DNA of 64,000 nt, taken from Vicugna vicugna. Taxonomy: Eukaryota. Positions 36,950 to 50,260 of the stretch are shown here, piece after piece. Both the position numbers and the translations under genes were made by a program. Numbering within the stretch: position 1 is the stretch's first letter; every line of letters starts with the position of its first letter. The DNA lies in NCBI GenBank assembly GCA_013265495.1, contig MU058206.1:312001-376000 (forward strand), written 5' to 3'. Below the pieces are notes generated by a model. That model made no database searches. It was not told where the DNA came from and saw nothing but the letters and a program-made list of their open reading frames with translations.

Positions 36950-37480
36950 GGCTTGTGGAGGTGCGGGGGCCCGGGAGGCAGCAGTGGCTGGGGAAGGCAC
37001 GCAGGCTTCCTGGAGGAGGCAGCGGGGCCGGGCTGGGCGCGCAGAGGAGGCCGCCCCAGCAGCGCTCCCACGACCCGGGCAAGGCCGTCTGGGCGCCGTC
37101 TCCGGTCTCGGGGCCTGCGGTCGGGGCACCGCGGGGCCGTGTTTGAGCCGGTCAGCTCCCCGCGGAAATTACAGGGGCGCTCAGCGCTGCGGTCGCGCCC
37201 CCCGGGGCAGCGCCCGCTGGTTGGAGGCGTTTAAATTGAAAGCAGCTTTGGGGAGAGGGGGCGGGCGCGGGGCGCCGAGCAAGGGGAGGGGGCGACCGGG
37301 CACAGCGACCCCTTTGTCTGCGCCCCGCCGAGGGGCGGAACCTTGCGGTAAGCGCGGCGCCCCGTCCCCGCGCTCCGGCCCAGCCTGTTCCCACGCCGCC
37401 CAGCCGGCTGCGGCCCGCGACGCTCCTCCACCTGGGTCTCTGCTTCCCCTCCTCCGGCAGCGCACGCGCACACTTCCTCC
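36950..37480 (+). promoter_or_regulatory. CpG island, candidate promoter with non-coding first exon
   Basis: Densest CpG region in the window; AT-rich tttaaattgaaa core at 37230; GC boxes; strong donor gcg|gtaagc at 37348; NRF1-like GCGCACGCGCA 37460-37470 next to ETS-like CACTTCC. Confidence 0.72.
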
Positions 37481-37667
37481 AGGAGGCCCTCCCAGACCAA
37501 CAAGCACTGATAGTCGGGGCGTCCTGGAGTCACGGAAGGTCAGGACATCTGGGTTAACCTTTAATAGACTTGGTGATCCTGGACAAAGCTCCTCCTTTCT
37601 CTGGGCCTCAGTGTCCTCTATAAAAATGTAGACACTTAACCCTCCTGCCTACCTCCTTAGTAATCTT

Positions 37668-37825
37668 TTTTTTTTAATTTTTAAAAGCTTTTTTTTTGGA
37701 GGGGGAGAGAGATAATTAGGCTTATTTATTTATTTACTTTTAGAGGAGGTACTGGGGATTGAATGCCGGACCTTGTGCATGCTAAGCATGCGCTCTATCA
37801 CTTGGAGCTGTACCCTACCCCCTCT
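37668..37825 (-). mobile_element. tRNA-Ala-derived camelid SINE (Vic-1-like) inserted in a MIR
   Basis: T-tail, taattagg..(TTTA)n, ggaggtactggggattgaa...gtgcatgctaagcatgcgctctatcacttggagctgtaccc; TSD cttagtaatctt at 37656-37667 and 37826-37837; MIR-like flanks ~37540-37900. Confidence 0.92.
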
Positions 37826-40800
37826 CTTAGTAATCTTAAAGATGACTTGAGTCAATGTAGAGGAAAGTGTTATAAAAACTGTAAAGCCCCGCAAACATCT
37901 GAGGAATAATAAATAAGAAGAATAACTCCGCACCTCCCTGCTCTTCACTGTGCGGGTTGATTTGTGCACAGGTGTGCTTGTGCTGGAAATCCAGCTGCTG
38001 TGAAGGAGGAGGGTGGGGAACCACGGTGGACTTCTTGGAGGAGGGGAATGTGGAGCAGGGCTAGGAAGGAGTGAAGGGAGCAGCACTGGAAAAGGGAAAG
38101 GGTGTCTTGGCCTCTTGGGGGAAGGTCAGAGGAAGGAGAGAGAGGTGCCAGAAAGAAGGAGGGTCTCTGTAAGACGAACAGGTCCTGCCTAGGGGCTGCA
38201 GCCTGAGAACTGGCTTGAGGAGAGCACTGTTTGCCGAACTGGTGGGTGGCATGTCTCCTAGGAAGGCAGATTGGTGGCAGAGCCTGGTGCAGCCCCAGAT
38301 GGAAGGGGACAGACAGGCCTGTTACCTCTAGGGAGCGTGCTCCCTTTGGCCCCTTCCTGTTCTTTTTCCTGAAGGCTCCGGGCACCCGGAGGCTGGTCCC
38401 TAGGCTCCGGGCACCAGGTGCTGGGAACTTGGCTTGTTGTTTCCTGTGCTTCCAGCAGCAACAGTGGAAGGTTGTTTGCCAGGCCTGGTGCCCAGGGACG
38501 TGCCCATTTGCTCCACGCCTGGCAGAGCTGCATGTTTCTGCTTTTCTTCCTGGAGGTCCTTAGCGGGCAGTCAGGGATGCGGGCAAAGCCCACTGTTCCA
38601 GGTGCCTGTTAAGGGCACCTGACACATACACACTTGGGGCAAGATGGAGGGCTGGCCTGGCCAGAGGGAAGGGGAATCTGTGAGGGTTCCCCAAAGAGGC
38701 GGTTGAGGAGCAGTCCTGGAAAGGAGGGAAAGAAGACTGAGGCCAAGTGGGGAGGAGGGCAGAGGGACCAGGCCAGGTGTTTCCACAGAGGAGGGGGGCT
38801 GTCAGGTAGAGTTCCATCCAGTCCTCTCTGACACCCCCTCAGGGCCCCATCCCCTCCTCCTGAGCCCAGAGACTCTCAAAGGCCCACAACAGAGAGGGCT
38901 TTGATCTGGCAAATGGGATGAGAGCTACGAGTGGGCTTTGGGGCACAGACTGGGGTGGTGAGGGGGGCAGCTCTGCCAGTCCTCTCTTACCTCCTCCCCT
39001 GGCCCGAGGGGCTGCTGAACCCACCCACCCACCCGGGCCAGCTCACTCACCCCGTGGCATGTCCCGTGCTCTTGTCAGCTGGCACAGGGCAGGGATGCTG
39101 TGGGGAAAGAACGAGGGAGCCCAGCAAGGGGTGGTGACTGCCCAGAGTGACCTGACTGGTTAGGGTTGGGCCACTGTGTCCTGAGAGCTGACCAGGTTCA
39201 AGGAACCTCCTTGACCCCCAGGCCTGGGACCCACTAGACACACTCTTTCCAGGGGGCAAGGACTAGAGGCCTCCTGGACACCACACTCTGCATTAGCAGC
39301 CAGATACTAACAGGACTCCATCCTCATCCGGGCTAAGAGCTTCACTAGAAGCCCTCTGAGGGTGTCTCTCCTGCCGCCTCTCCCCCAACCCCCAGGACCT
39401 CCCATCTCCATGTCCTCACCCCCTCAGAGCCCAGACTGGCTTCTGCATATGCCGCATACGTCTCAGACTGCCAAGGAGTCTTTCCCAAGCCCAGTTCTTG
39501 CTGGATGCCCACCAGGTTGAACAAGGATGGAGAAGGGAGGAGCCAGACACCCACAGGCCTTGACCTCCAGCCCCCATCATGTGCTAGGCCTGAAAAAGGC
39601 AGTGTCCTGTTTTATCCTTGCCCATCCTGCCCAGCCCTAAGGCCCTAGAGATCAGGGCTTTGGGCAGTGGGGACGGGCTGAGGCCTCTACAGGGACTGGG
39701 CCCCAGCTGACAGGCTCAGCATGGGGTTAGGGGTGACTCTCCTGATTCAAACACTTCCTCGGGGCCAGGGATGGAACTTTTGGGAGAGGGAGTGGAACAG
39801 GAAGAGGCTTACTCATCCACCTGGGTCATCCCTGTCATCAAATGCCCACAGGTAGGTACCACAGTCAGCAACTGTCACAGAGGAGTCCTTGCTCTTGGGA
39901 ACTCAGGTCTGATACTTCCAGAAAGGGTAGGCTGGAGGAGGGGACCCAGAAGGTAAGATAGTGAATTGTCCTACATGACCTCCAAGGCTCCTTCTGAGCT
40001 AAGGCTCTGTACCTGTGATCCTAAGATTCTAAAACTGAGCTGTTGTGTTCCCAAGATATTGGGATTGTAATAATTGTTGCCATAATAATGGCACCGGGCA
40101 CTGTTAGAAAACTTTTCACTTATGGTCTCACATACTGCTCCGCAGTGATGGGACGGAGGCACAGGGGGACAGGGAGCCCAGCCCAGCCCTGCTGTCTTGC
40201 CTGCTTCACTGCAGCTTTTGTGACCCTAAACCCTGCTCTCATAGGGTCCATAATTCAGCGAGTCACCAAGTCCACCCTCAGGTCATGACTCAGCATCCTC
40301 GGTGAGGAAGCAGCAGGTGAGAGCAGTGGATTTCTACAGGGGGGCGATGAAGACAACGGTCCTCTCCTCTTCTGGTCTGGAAAGTTCCTGGAGGAGGAGA
40401 ATGGGCAAGAGAAAGCAGAAGTGGGGGAGGAGAGGGAGAGGCTATTTTCCAAGATGTTTAGGAGGCGTGGCCATTCCAGACAGCAAGGTGGGCAGCTGGA
40501 GGGAGGTGACATTTGAGAACAGAGGATTGGACGGACCCAGGGGGCAGGACGGAGGAAGGGAGTCTGGTCTGGCTGCATTTCCTTCCTCCACCAGCCCCTG
40601 GGCCCAGTGTCTGGGGAGTCAGATTCCGAGGGGCAAATGAGCCTGTGGGCCCTCTGAGAAAGCCTCCTGTTTCTCGACCCCTCTCCCAGCTGCGTAGCCC
40701 TCTGCTCCAGGCTGGAGGCCACTTTCAGCCACTTGAAGGCTGAAGCCCTAAGGGAGGGGCCTCCGATGATCTCCCCCAAGGCTGATTACCTGCAAACAGC

Positions 40801-41319
40801 TGGAAGCAAACGAATGTTTCCTCTTCTCCTAGGGGCGGCCTGACGTTGTTTGGCCAAAGGTATGGAATCTGCAGACATCCTTCCTCCCCACTAAGGAGAC
40901 AGGGCTGCCTTCGAGAGGCAGGCATCATAGCAGGAATCTAGAGAGAAGAGAGAAAATAAACCCCGAGGGCTAGCCTTCAGGCAGGTGGCAACATCCTCAC
41001 CTTGCGGAGGGAGATCATGGCACCAGCAGGTGCAGCCTCTTGCCCAGAATCCCACCGAGGCAGAAGCCTGTGTGCCGGTGGGTCTGGCTCTTTTCTGGCT
41101 TCAGGGTGTTAGGGGTCCATACTCCGCAGGTGCGTTCTGCACCCCCTGCTACCCCAACTCCCCCCGACCCTGGTTTGCCCACGAAGGGACTGCAGTGTTG
41201 ACTGGGTCCCTCCCAGGAGGCAGGGCAGAGAATACCCCCAGCGCAGACCGCTTCCCACTCTTTGTTGGTACCACAGCTTTCCTGCTGGCCGGCCTTTACC
41301 GAGAGCCTGCTACATTTTA

Positions 41320-41490
41320 GGCACTGGGCTGAGCGCTTTAGCAGGTGGCATGTTTAATCCTCATAACAGCCTGATGAGATAGGTCCTGTCACTCTCTCTG
41401 TTTTTCAGATGAAGAAACAAAGGCTCAGAAGGCGCAGTAATGAGCTCAAGATCACACAGCTGAAAGCAGTGAAGGTGAGATTTGAATCCA
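41320..41490. mobile_element. MIR SINE fragment
   Basis: ggcactgggctgagcgcttt ... tttaatcctcataacagcc ... ttttcagatgaagaaacaaaggctcaga ... caagatcacacagct ... gatttgaatccag. Confidence 0.85.
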
Positions 41491-41829
41491 GAATCCTCTC
41501 TTAGGCTCTATACCATTGCCTTTGGTGATACATGGCTGGATGTGTGACACTTGTCTCCCCTAACTGGAGTCCGGGTGGACTGGAAGAGCACACCCTCTCT
41601 TGCCTGCCCTCTGACCTCCTCCCGCTGCCTAAGAAGGATTGGCTTGAGGCTCTGCCCCTGAGAAAAGGCCATCTCTCCCAGCCAGGGTCCGAGAGTTGCA
41701 GGAGGAATTCAGATAAGTTGTGAATTCATTTGCCCCTTGCTCTCCCTTTTCACCCACTGGGGTTCCAGCCCCATCCAGGGTCAGAAGGAAATGACTTGTG
41801 TTTGGAGAGGGGAGAAGGGTGTAGGCTCA

Positions 41830-42020
41830 CATCCTGCTATTTGCGTGCTGTGGGACCTTGGACAAATTCCTTAACTTCTCTGAGCCTCAGTGTTGGCATC
41901 TATAAAGTGAGGAAATAAGAATACCAGGCTCATAGGGCTAATGAGAGGATTAAGTTGGAAAGAGTTTGCAGAGTTTGCAATAGTGCCCGCTGCAACAATA
42001 AATGCTATTGCTATTATTAT
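41830..42020. mobile_element. MIR SINE fragment
   Basis: gctgtgggaccttggacaaattccttaacttctctgagcctcag ... catctataaagtgagg ... gaggattaag ... caataaatgctattgctattatt. Confidence 0.85.
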
Positions 42021-43269
42021 GAGCTGGAAAATCAAGAGAGGACTATTTAAAAAGAGGGGCCAGGAAATATGGGAAAGTCTATAAAAAGGACATGGTTGAT
42101 TTTTTGGGGGGTGGGCTTAGATCTCCTAATCTTTCAAGGCTAAAGATTCCTGAGAGGGGAGGAAAGGGTGGAAGGTTTCCAGGTGACATTCCTCCCATCC
42201 CACCTCCATCCCCAGCAGGATAAAAATTCCTCACAAGTTTCTAGACATTTTCATGTGGAAGCTGCCAAGCCCTGGCCTGCATTCCTCTACCCCTTCTGTC
42301 AGTTGGGGGCTGGTGGAGGGGGTCATTAGCCCCTTTTACAGCTTTGTAAAGTGTGAGGACGCCTGTACCTGAGGCCCCAGCTTCAAGCAGGTGGCGTGCC
42401 CTCTAGAGGAGGGACTTTGAGGCTGAGGACAAGGGAAGGAAGCCCGTCAAGGTGGTGGATGCTCAGGGCTGCCTGCAGCGTGCGCTGATGCCTGCGGTGG
42501 AGGCCAGGGAGGAGCAGGTCTGCTTTATTTCCCTGCCGCCATTCCTATCTGGGGTTCCCCTGGAGACAGGTTCCTGTGGACACCAGGGGATGTGAACCCC
42601 AGCTGTGTCCCTGCCCCTGCAGTTCCTAGGCTACAGACCTAGAGAGACATCTAACCCAACTGGTCTGAGCTGGGGAAACAGGGGAGATGGAGGGTAAAGC
42701 TCCATGGGTGGGGAAGTAAGTGCAGGCTTCCTGGAGGAGAGGATAGGAAAGATCAGGGCTTAAGGAAGAGGATTAGGGCTGGAGCTATGAAGCTAGGTGT
42801 AGGGGATCCAGAGACCTGATCTTTTAACCCTCTGCCTCAATGCATGTGTGTTCTGCACCCATTCATCTATCCCTCCATCGACCCACTTTGTATTTAAACA
42901 GGACCCACAGATGCCCCCTCCACAGCTGCTGGAGCTGTTCCACCACAGGACAGGCTAATGACTGAAGTTCTGTGGGCAGCTGTTGAGGGAAGGAGTCCTG
43001 CACTGGGTGGGGGCTCCCTTAAGTCCCCTCCAAGCTGTCCTTCCTGCTTGGAGCGCTGTGAGGCCTTCCACCTCAGTTCTGCCCTCTGAGATCCTGGAGT
43101 TTGTGGTCTTCTCCCTCAAGCCAGTTGCTTTACCCATCTCTCCTGTCTCCTTCCCTGCCACCTCCAGCTCGTCCCTCCTCCCTGCTTGACCTGACCCCAC
43201 CACACCCATGTGGACTTCATATCCCTCCCCTCCCAGCCTCCCTACCTCTAGTGTGGCCCCTTTGCTGCA

Positions 43270-43670
43270 GCCAAGGCTGTTTCTAAAGGATCTTGCTGAA
43301 AGCGTGGACTTGCCTTTCTTCCATGGCTCCCCATTACCTGCAGAGTAACAACCAAACTCCACTACCTGCCCTCTGCAGGTGGGCCCCAGGCTCTCGCTCC
43401 CTTTTACAGAGGGCTTTTCTCCAGCATCAGTGCCCTCCTCTCCCCTAGCTAGCCAACTCACTTGGAAATAACGACTACTTCGGTCTAGACTGAGAAACTG
43501 CCTCCTTGATGAAGACTCTGGCTGGTGCCCCCAACCGAGGCAGTGGTTGAATTGCTGTGATGGTTTCCTTGAGGGCAGGGCCACATCTTTTCATGTTTGT
43601 ATCCCCAGTGCTCAGTAGGGGCTCAGCAAAAGTCAACCAACCATCTGAATGAGTCAGTGGGTGAATGAAT
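43270..43670 (+). mobile_element. LINE-2 3' fragment
   Basis: ttccatggctccccattacc ... ccttgagggcagggccacatct ... tgtatccccagtgctcagtaggggctcagcaaa ... gaatgagtcagtgggtgaatgaat. Confidence 0.65.
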
Positions 43671-46129
43671 CCTCAGCCTTCTGCTTTGAGGACCTTCTAT
43701 CTTCCCAGCCCTGTTTGTCAAAACTTTCTCATCCTTTGAGGACATCTCAGTGCCTCCCCATCCTTAATGCCGTCCCTGGGGCCTCACCTGGGAGGCTCCA
43801 CTCTTCCCTGAACTGCCTTCTTGTCATCCTGGTGCTCACTGACCTGCAGTCTTCTCGAGGGCAGGACCCGAGCCTTCCTTCTTGTTGTTGGATTGTTAAT
43901 CATGTTGACAGAACCCCTAATTTAAAAAACTTTCACCCATACCCTGTTCATAATTAATTCAGCAGTTCCTGAGCTCCTAAGCTTAGCGTGTGCTAGGCAC
44001 TGTTCTAGGCCGGGACTCTGGGATGCAGGGCCTCGTACTCCTGTCGGGGAGGCAGCCGTAAACAAACCCCCTGAACCTCCTGAAGTCGGGCCGCTGTGGC
44101 TTCTGGCCCCACTTCCAAGCTGAGTTAGTGAGCCCAGGGAAGGTGACCCTCATGCTGGGTCACCCAGACAGAGTGGGGCCGGGCCAGCTCCCAGGCTGCC
44201 CTTTCCCCTCGTGGCCCAGCAGGAGTCCTTCCTCCCAGCCCAGGACCGTCCAGCTCAGATGGGTGCTCCATAGAGGGGGGTCCACCGTATTGACTTTATT
44301 CTTAAAATGATAGCAAATGGCAGCTTCTTATTTTATTTGGAGTCTTGTTGATTGGAAATCCAGTAGTTCCCCAGCAAGCCGATGAGCCATTTCTGTTTCT
44401 GACATGAAAAGACATTTCAAGGGTGACTTGTTACTTTCTGGATAAAACCAAGGTTGGGGCCAGTCTCCTTCCTCCACCCTCTTCCTCTGTTGCATCTCTC
44501 CTAAACGAAAGGTTAGTCTTCATCCCACACCAGCAGATCCTGTGATCAGGGGCCGGATCCTTGATACTCCTGTGCTCCCTTGCAGAGCAGAGAAGGGCTC
44601 CATCCAAACTGGGAAGTGAGTCCCCTGCCCTACCCAGAAGTCTGACCCCAGTCCCTCCTGCTGTGGCCACCACCATCTCCCTGTGTTCTGGCCCCAGAAG
44701 GAGTGAGTCTCCAAGGGAAACCTCTGCCCCCTGGACCACTTGCCCCATCCTTGCGGTCCTGCCTCTCTTGCTGTAGTGCAGGCTCCCAGCCCCCACCAGG
44801 CTCACCTGCTTGGCTCCTGTCCCAGGGGACGCAGAGATGTTATCCCTGGGGGTATGGACATCAATGGAGGCATTGTTCCCACCCGTCCAAGAGCAGGATC
44901 AGGGAGGGACAAGACAGAGACCGGGAATGTCCCAGGTGCCACACAGGCTGGCTTTGTCCTCCTCCTCCTCCCTCTCTCTCCCTGCCCCAACCCAGACCTC
45001 CCCTGGCCTCTTCCTAGGCCCCTCCATAGCCTGGGGCAGTGCAGCTGTTGCAAGGGTGGGGTTCAGGATGGCCTTGGGCAGTTCTGCCAGAGAAAGGTAT
45101 CCCCTCTACGGGATAGTGCTCTTTGGAGCTGGGGCCTCTGCTCAGGTAAGCCCAGCCCTGCCTGCCCAACTTGTCTGCCTGTGGCACCCCTGTCTGGGGA
45201 ACACCCTGTCTGGCCCTCGCACTAGGCTGGCCCCCTCCATGTGCCATCCAGACCCAGCCCAGCCTTAGCTGCCCCATGGAGATTTCCCAGCCCCACTCAC
45301 ATGGTTGGGCCCGCAGGAGACAGAACAGGTTGTATATATAAATCAGTTCCCAAGAGGTGACCTCAGAGCCAGGACTCCTGGATTCAGGTCCCGGCTGGGC
45401 TAGTGGCTATGTGACCTGGGTGAGTCACTGCACCCTGGAGGCTTCTTTGGTCCCCTCTATAAAACGACAGTGTTGCCCATCTTCCCTAAGCTCCCGTTGG
45501 CCTTGTGCACCTGCCTCCGGGGAAGTGGAGACGCTTTGGGAGACTGACTTGGGGAGAAAAGAGCCCCCACCCCTGGGCTGCTGCCTCTCCTTCACCTCCA
45601 GCCTGAGCTTTGTCCCCAAGGCATGAGTGACAGCCACAGAAAACTAATGGAAATCTGCATCGCTGCAAGTGAAACTGATCTCCAGCTCCAGATCCAGTTT
45701 CTCCTCTCAGCCGGCCCCAGGCCTCCCTCACACCTGCTCTGGTCCCCTTTGTATGTTAGGCAGGAGCGCTGGCTGTCTTTCATCCACTTCCCGCCCCATT
45801 CATGCCTTAAGCCCAGGGCACCGCCTCCCGCCTCCTGGCTGGGGCACTTCGCTGTAGGCTGGCCAGGCGGACACCCCAGCACCCAGCCTTCTCCCCCTTC
45901 CTTTCACCTGGAAAGATAACAAGGAGGGGAGACCAGGGTGGGAAGCCAGAGGGCAGACGGGAGGCACCGTGTCCCATCAGATGCAGCCAGAAGATCTCAA
46001 CATGGGGTTTTGGTTTTTTGCTGAAAAATGGATACACTCAGGGGGGCTTTTTGGAGGAGGGACAATGGATTTAGCCCAGCAGTGCCCATGAGCAGGTCCC
46101 GCCCTTCTCATCAGGGCTGATCAGAGCCA

Positions 46130-46640
46130 TTCATTTACTTATTCGGCAAATATTTATTGATGTTGACTGCATGAGGTACCAGCTTAGGTGCTGAGGATAC
46201 AGCTGTAAACAAAACAAAGCCCCTGTTTTCACAGAGTTTATATTCCTGCCTGGGGTTGAGGGAAACAGACACAAGACAGATAAGATGTTTGTTGGCTAGG
46301 AGACCTCTCCTGTTTAGGAGAAAAATTTAAATGGGTAAAGGGATAAGGAGTGACCAGGTGATAGTTTAGATCTGGAGATCAGCAGGCCTCTTTGAGGAGG
46401 TGACTTCTGAGAAGAAAGAGACCGAGTGGACTGCTGAGGGAAGACATCTTGGGCAGAGGGAACAGTGAGTGCCGGGCCCTGAGTTGGGGAGAGCTCGGCA
46501 TGTGGAGAGAAGAGCAGAGAGCCCACTGTGGCTGGAGCGGAGTGAATGGAGGGGAGGGTGGCTGGAGATGAGTCTGGAATCAGATCACACAGGGCCTTGT
46601 GGAGCGGGGGAGTGACTCTGGATTTTATTCAGAGTGAGAT
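46130..46640 (-). mobile_element. LINE-2 3' fragment
   Basis: cattcatttacttattcggcaaatatttattga ... ggtgctgaggatacagctgtaaacaaaaca ... ggcagagggaacagtgagtg ... gtggctggagcggagtga ... cagatcacacagggccttgt. Confidence 0.8.
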
Positions 46641-47497
46641 AGGGTAAAGAAAACAGCCAGGGTGCCTCTTCTTTTGGTCACCTCCTCCTTACTGCCTCCC
46701 AGGATTAGGGAGAAGTTAAGAGCCGCATTTGGGGATCAGACAGACCTATGTTTACTCATCCATCCTTCCGTCCATCCATCCATCCATCTTACCATCCATC
46801 CACTTATTCCACAAATATTTATTGCACACCTACTCTGTGCTTAGTGCTACCACTTCCTAGCTGGGTGGCTTTGGGCAAGTGCCTTGTTTTCTTTATCCAG
46901 AAATTAGGGCCAGCAAGAATTCTTTCTTACTTCAGAGAGTTGGGGGATGAAGCCAAAGTGCTTACATCGCTTAGCACAGCACCAGCCACGTAGTGAGCCC
47001 TTCACACGTACGTGGTCACCGAATGAGTAGTCGCTCGTATTGACAAGCTCCCCGACACCAGCCTTCTCCCACCCACTCAGGGTGTCTCACCTGTGCCCAC
47101 CCTACCCTAGGAGCTTTTCCAGAGGGGCATCCTCTCTGTGTTCTCAGAGCTTCCCTGTGCTCCTTTCCTTTCCCAAACTGCCCACCCCTGTGCCCTGCCC
47201 TCTGCTCTCTGCCTCCTGTCCCATATTTGGTGCCGGAGCTTAAGAGAATGTTCTCACATTCCAATTTACCCTCTTTATTTGTCAGTCTGCCTCTGTCTGC
47301 CCCAGCCCGTGGGCCACCCACTCGCCACCCCCTCCAGAAAAGAGTTGTGCTGTCTTCTGTTCGGCCCCAGTTAGGGGCTCAAAAGGCAGAGACAGAAACT
47401 TCACTTTCAGGGAGCAAAACCTAGGAAGAGTCCAGGCCTTAAAGCCTTTTGGAGTCAGAGATGCTGAATAAATCCTGGCTCCAGTACATCCTTGCTG

Positions 47498-47689
47498 GGT
47501 TTTTGTTTGTTTGTTTTTTATTGAAATATAGTCAGTTTACAATATTATGTCAATTTCTGGTGTAATAGCATAATAGTTCATTCCTACGTATACACACATA
47601 TATTCATTTTCATATTGTTTTTCATTATAGGTTAAAAGATATTGAATATAGTTCCCTGTGCTATACAGTATAAACTTGTTGTTTATCCA
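47498..47689 (-). mobile_element. 5'-truncated LINE-1 3' end inserted in a MIR
   Basis: (TTTG)n tail, then ttttattgaaatatagtcagtttacaatatt ... gatattgaatatagttccctgtgctatacagta (laurasiatherian L1 3' UTR); TSD tacatcct(t/g)gctg at 47485-47497 and 47690-47702. Confidence 0.88.
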
Positions 47690-47899
47690 TACATCCTGGC
47701 TGTTGATTCCTCCAAGTCACTCTGTGTCTCTGGGCCTCGGTTTCTTTATCTATAAAAGGGAACAATAATGCCTGCAGGTGCAGGGCTGTTGGTGGCTCAG
47801 AGGTCACCTGCATACAGCTCTGATATGAAGACCTGCTTCACAGGTCACTGTTGACAGTGGAGGAGTCACCCTCCCCACCTCAAGCCAGGGCCTGGGGTG

Positions 47900-48010
47900 T
47901 GAATCCCAGAAATTGTATTCAAATGTGCATGGATTTTTGTATGGGGGGAGGGTTCACTGCTTTTATCAGACTCTCCAAAGGCTCCTGAGCTGAAAAGATG
48001 GGAACGTGAC
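47900..48010. mobile_element. hAT-Charlie (MER103-like) remnant
   Basis: ggagggttcactgcttttatcagactctccaaagg...ctgaaaagatgggaac resembles the MER103 family end. Confidence 0.45.
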
Positions 48011-49894
48011 CAAAACCTTAAAAGGAGCTGAAGAAGTCAAGTCTAGAAATTGTTTATTCATTTTGTAAAAACTCAACTATTCAGACATGTTTTTGGTGCC
48101 TACTCTGTGCCAGGCCCTGGGGGGAAGTCAAACACACACAGGGATCCCCCACCCCCTGATCAAGGTGCTTCCCTTTTAGCAGTGGAGACAAATCTCAGAG
48201 GGTGACTGCACTTTACAGTTTATAGCTCCTCCTCTGGGTCATCTTCAGTGATCCTTTCTGCTCCCCTGTGGGAGAGGCCATTTTACAGGTGATAAAATTA
48301 AGACTCAAAAAAAAAAAATTGAGACTCAGAGATGCTAAGTGACTGGCCCAAAATCACACAGCTGACAAGCCAGGAGTGACAGACTGAGAGTCCAGCACCC
48401 GTGCCTCCCTCCTGGCATGTCCACCGGCCCACCGGGATGGAAAGCCACTTCCTTGGCCCGGGGTACAGGGGCTCCCCCTCCTTTCAGCCTTTAGCACCCT
48501 ATAGCTGCTGCTTCCTCCTCCTCCTCCTTCTCCAGGCCTCAGATGCTCGATGCAGCCCACCCACTGCCCCCTGCTATGGGAACCAGCAGGACCCTGGCCT
48601 GTAAGGGGTTCCTTTCTGATAACATTTAAAACCACTTGTGTTTTCTTCCTCTTCTTGTTGAGGGATGCAACCTTTGCTTGCTAGAAGAGGCAGGCTGGCT
48701 TTGGAGTCAATGATGTTGAAGAAGGGGTGGCTTGTGCGTGAGGTAGGATGGGTGGGGTGGTGAGAGAGGGGGGGCCCCTGGGGGGCATCTGCTGAGGGAC
48801 CCTCCCTCCCCACGCAGCTTCTCCACCCGCCCCCCACACCCCCCACGACACACAGTCCTTTTGATGCTGCTGAGGATAAGCCGGGCCTCAGCCCACACGA
48901 AACTCTTCACACACACCTCCGGCTCCAGGCGGTCCCCAAGACCTCGTCAGGGGCTGGCCCTGTGCCTGGGTCCCAGCCCAGGGCGCTGGGCAGCAGTGAG
49001 GGGCGGGAGGCCCAGCGTGCTCCAGTATTTATTTATTTATTTGGAAGGCCTAGCACTTACACACCCCGGCTCTGATTACCCCCGGGGCCGGGAGGAGGGG
49101 GACGCTGCTGCCTGGGCCTTTGATGTGAGGGAGTAGAGATGGTGAGATGGTGAGGTGGTGCTGTGGGATGTGTGTGGGGAGTGTGGTTGCCCAGTGATGT
49201 CACTTCAGGAGCCCAAGGATGGAGGGTGCCATGGCCAGGCCCAGGGATAACTAGAAGGTGGGAAAGAGGCAGTAGGCCCTTCTGGGCTGGACCCTTGGCC
49301 CACAGCTGGGCAGTACCCACCAGGGCCAATCATTCCCTTGAGTCTGGGAGCATCTATACCCTCCAAGGGAGGAGGGGAGAAGGCAGCAGATTGAGGGAGG
49401 CAGGCAGGAAGGAGCCACCAAGGCCCCGTGGGCAGGGCCCAGGCTCTAAACAACTCCATCCAGTACTGCCCATCCCTCATCCCACAGAGAGGCCCGGAGG
49501 ACAGTGACAGCCCCAAGGAGGTCAACGTCCAGGTCAGGGGCATCAAGGTATAGGCCCGAGACCTACTCAGAATCACAAGGACTCACCAAGATGGGCTCTG
49601 TTAAGCGGGTCCTCTTGTCTCCGCAGTATGTCTAAGGAAACCAAGAGGATGTGCGCTGAGTGATGAGGGGTGCTTACTCGTAAGTGAATGAATGAATGAA
49701 TGAATGCAGATGTTGGCACAGATGCAAAAACAGAAAGACAGGAGCACAGCTAGCATATCAGCCATATTTACTCCTGAGTGTCTTCTACGTTCTAGGAATG
49801 AGTACATGAAACACAGGGAACCTGACCCCCCCCCTCCCCAGGGTCTATGGGAGGATGCGGGGATAAGGGAGAGCTAGAGCCCGGAGAGCCATTC

Positions 49895-50260
49895 TTTTTA
49901 GCTCTGTCATTGGAAATAATTTCAAATTTAGAAAAAGTTTCACAAGTAAAACTAGTACAAAGAGCGTGCCCTTATACATTTCACTCAGATCAACCTATTG
50001 TTAATATTTGATCCGATTTGCTTTATCATTCTTTATTTCTCTCTATAACTGTATGTATTTTTCCCTGAACAATTGGAGGGTAAGTTAATACATTGTGGCC
50101 CTTTATCTCTAAATATTTCAGCATGTGTTTCCTAAGAATAGGGGTAGTCTCTTCCTTAACCATACTACAGCTATCAGTTTCATTAATTTGCATCGATGCA
50201 ATATTTTGTCTAGTCTACCATCCACATTTCCATGTCCCAATTTTGATTGGACTTAATTCA
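49895..50260 (-). mobile_element. Old LINE-1 3' UTR fragment (L1MC/L1ME-type)
   Basis: ggaaataatttcaaatttagaaaaagtt ... cactcagatcaacctattgttaatatt ... atttgctttatcatt ... ctctaaatatttcagcatgtgtttcctaagaata. Confidence 0.75.
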
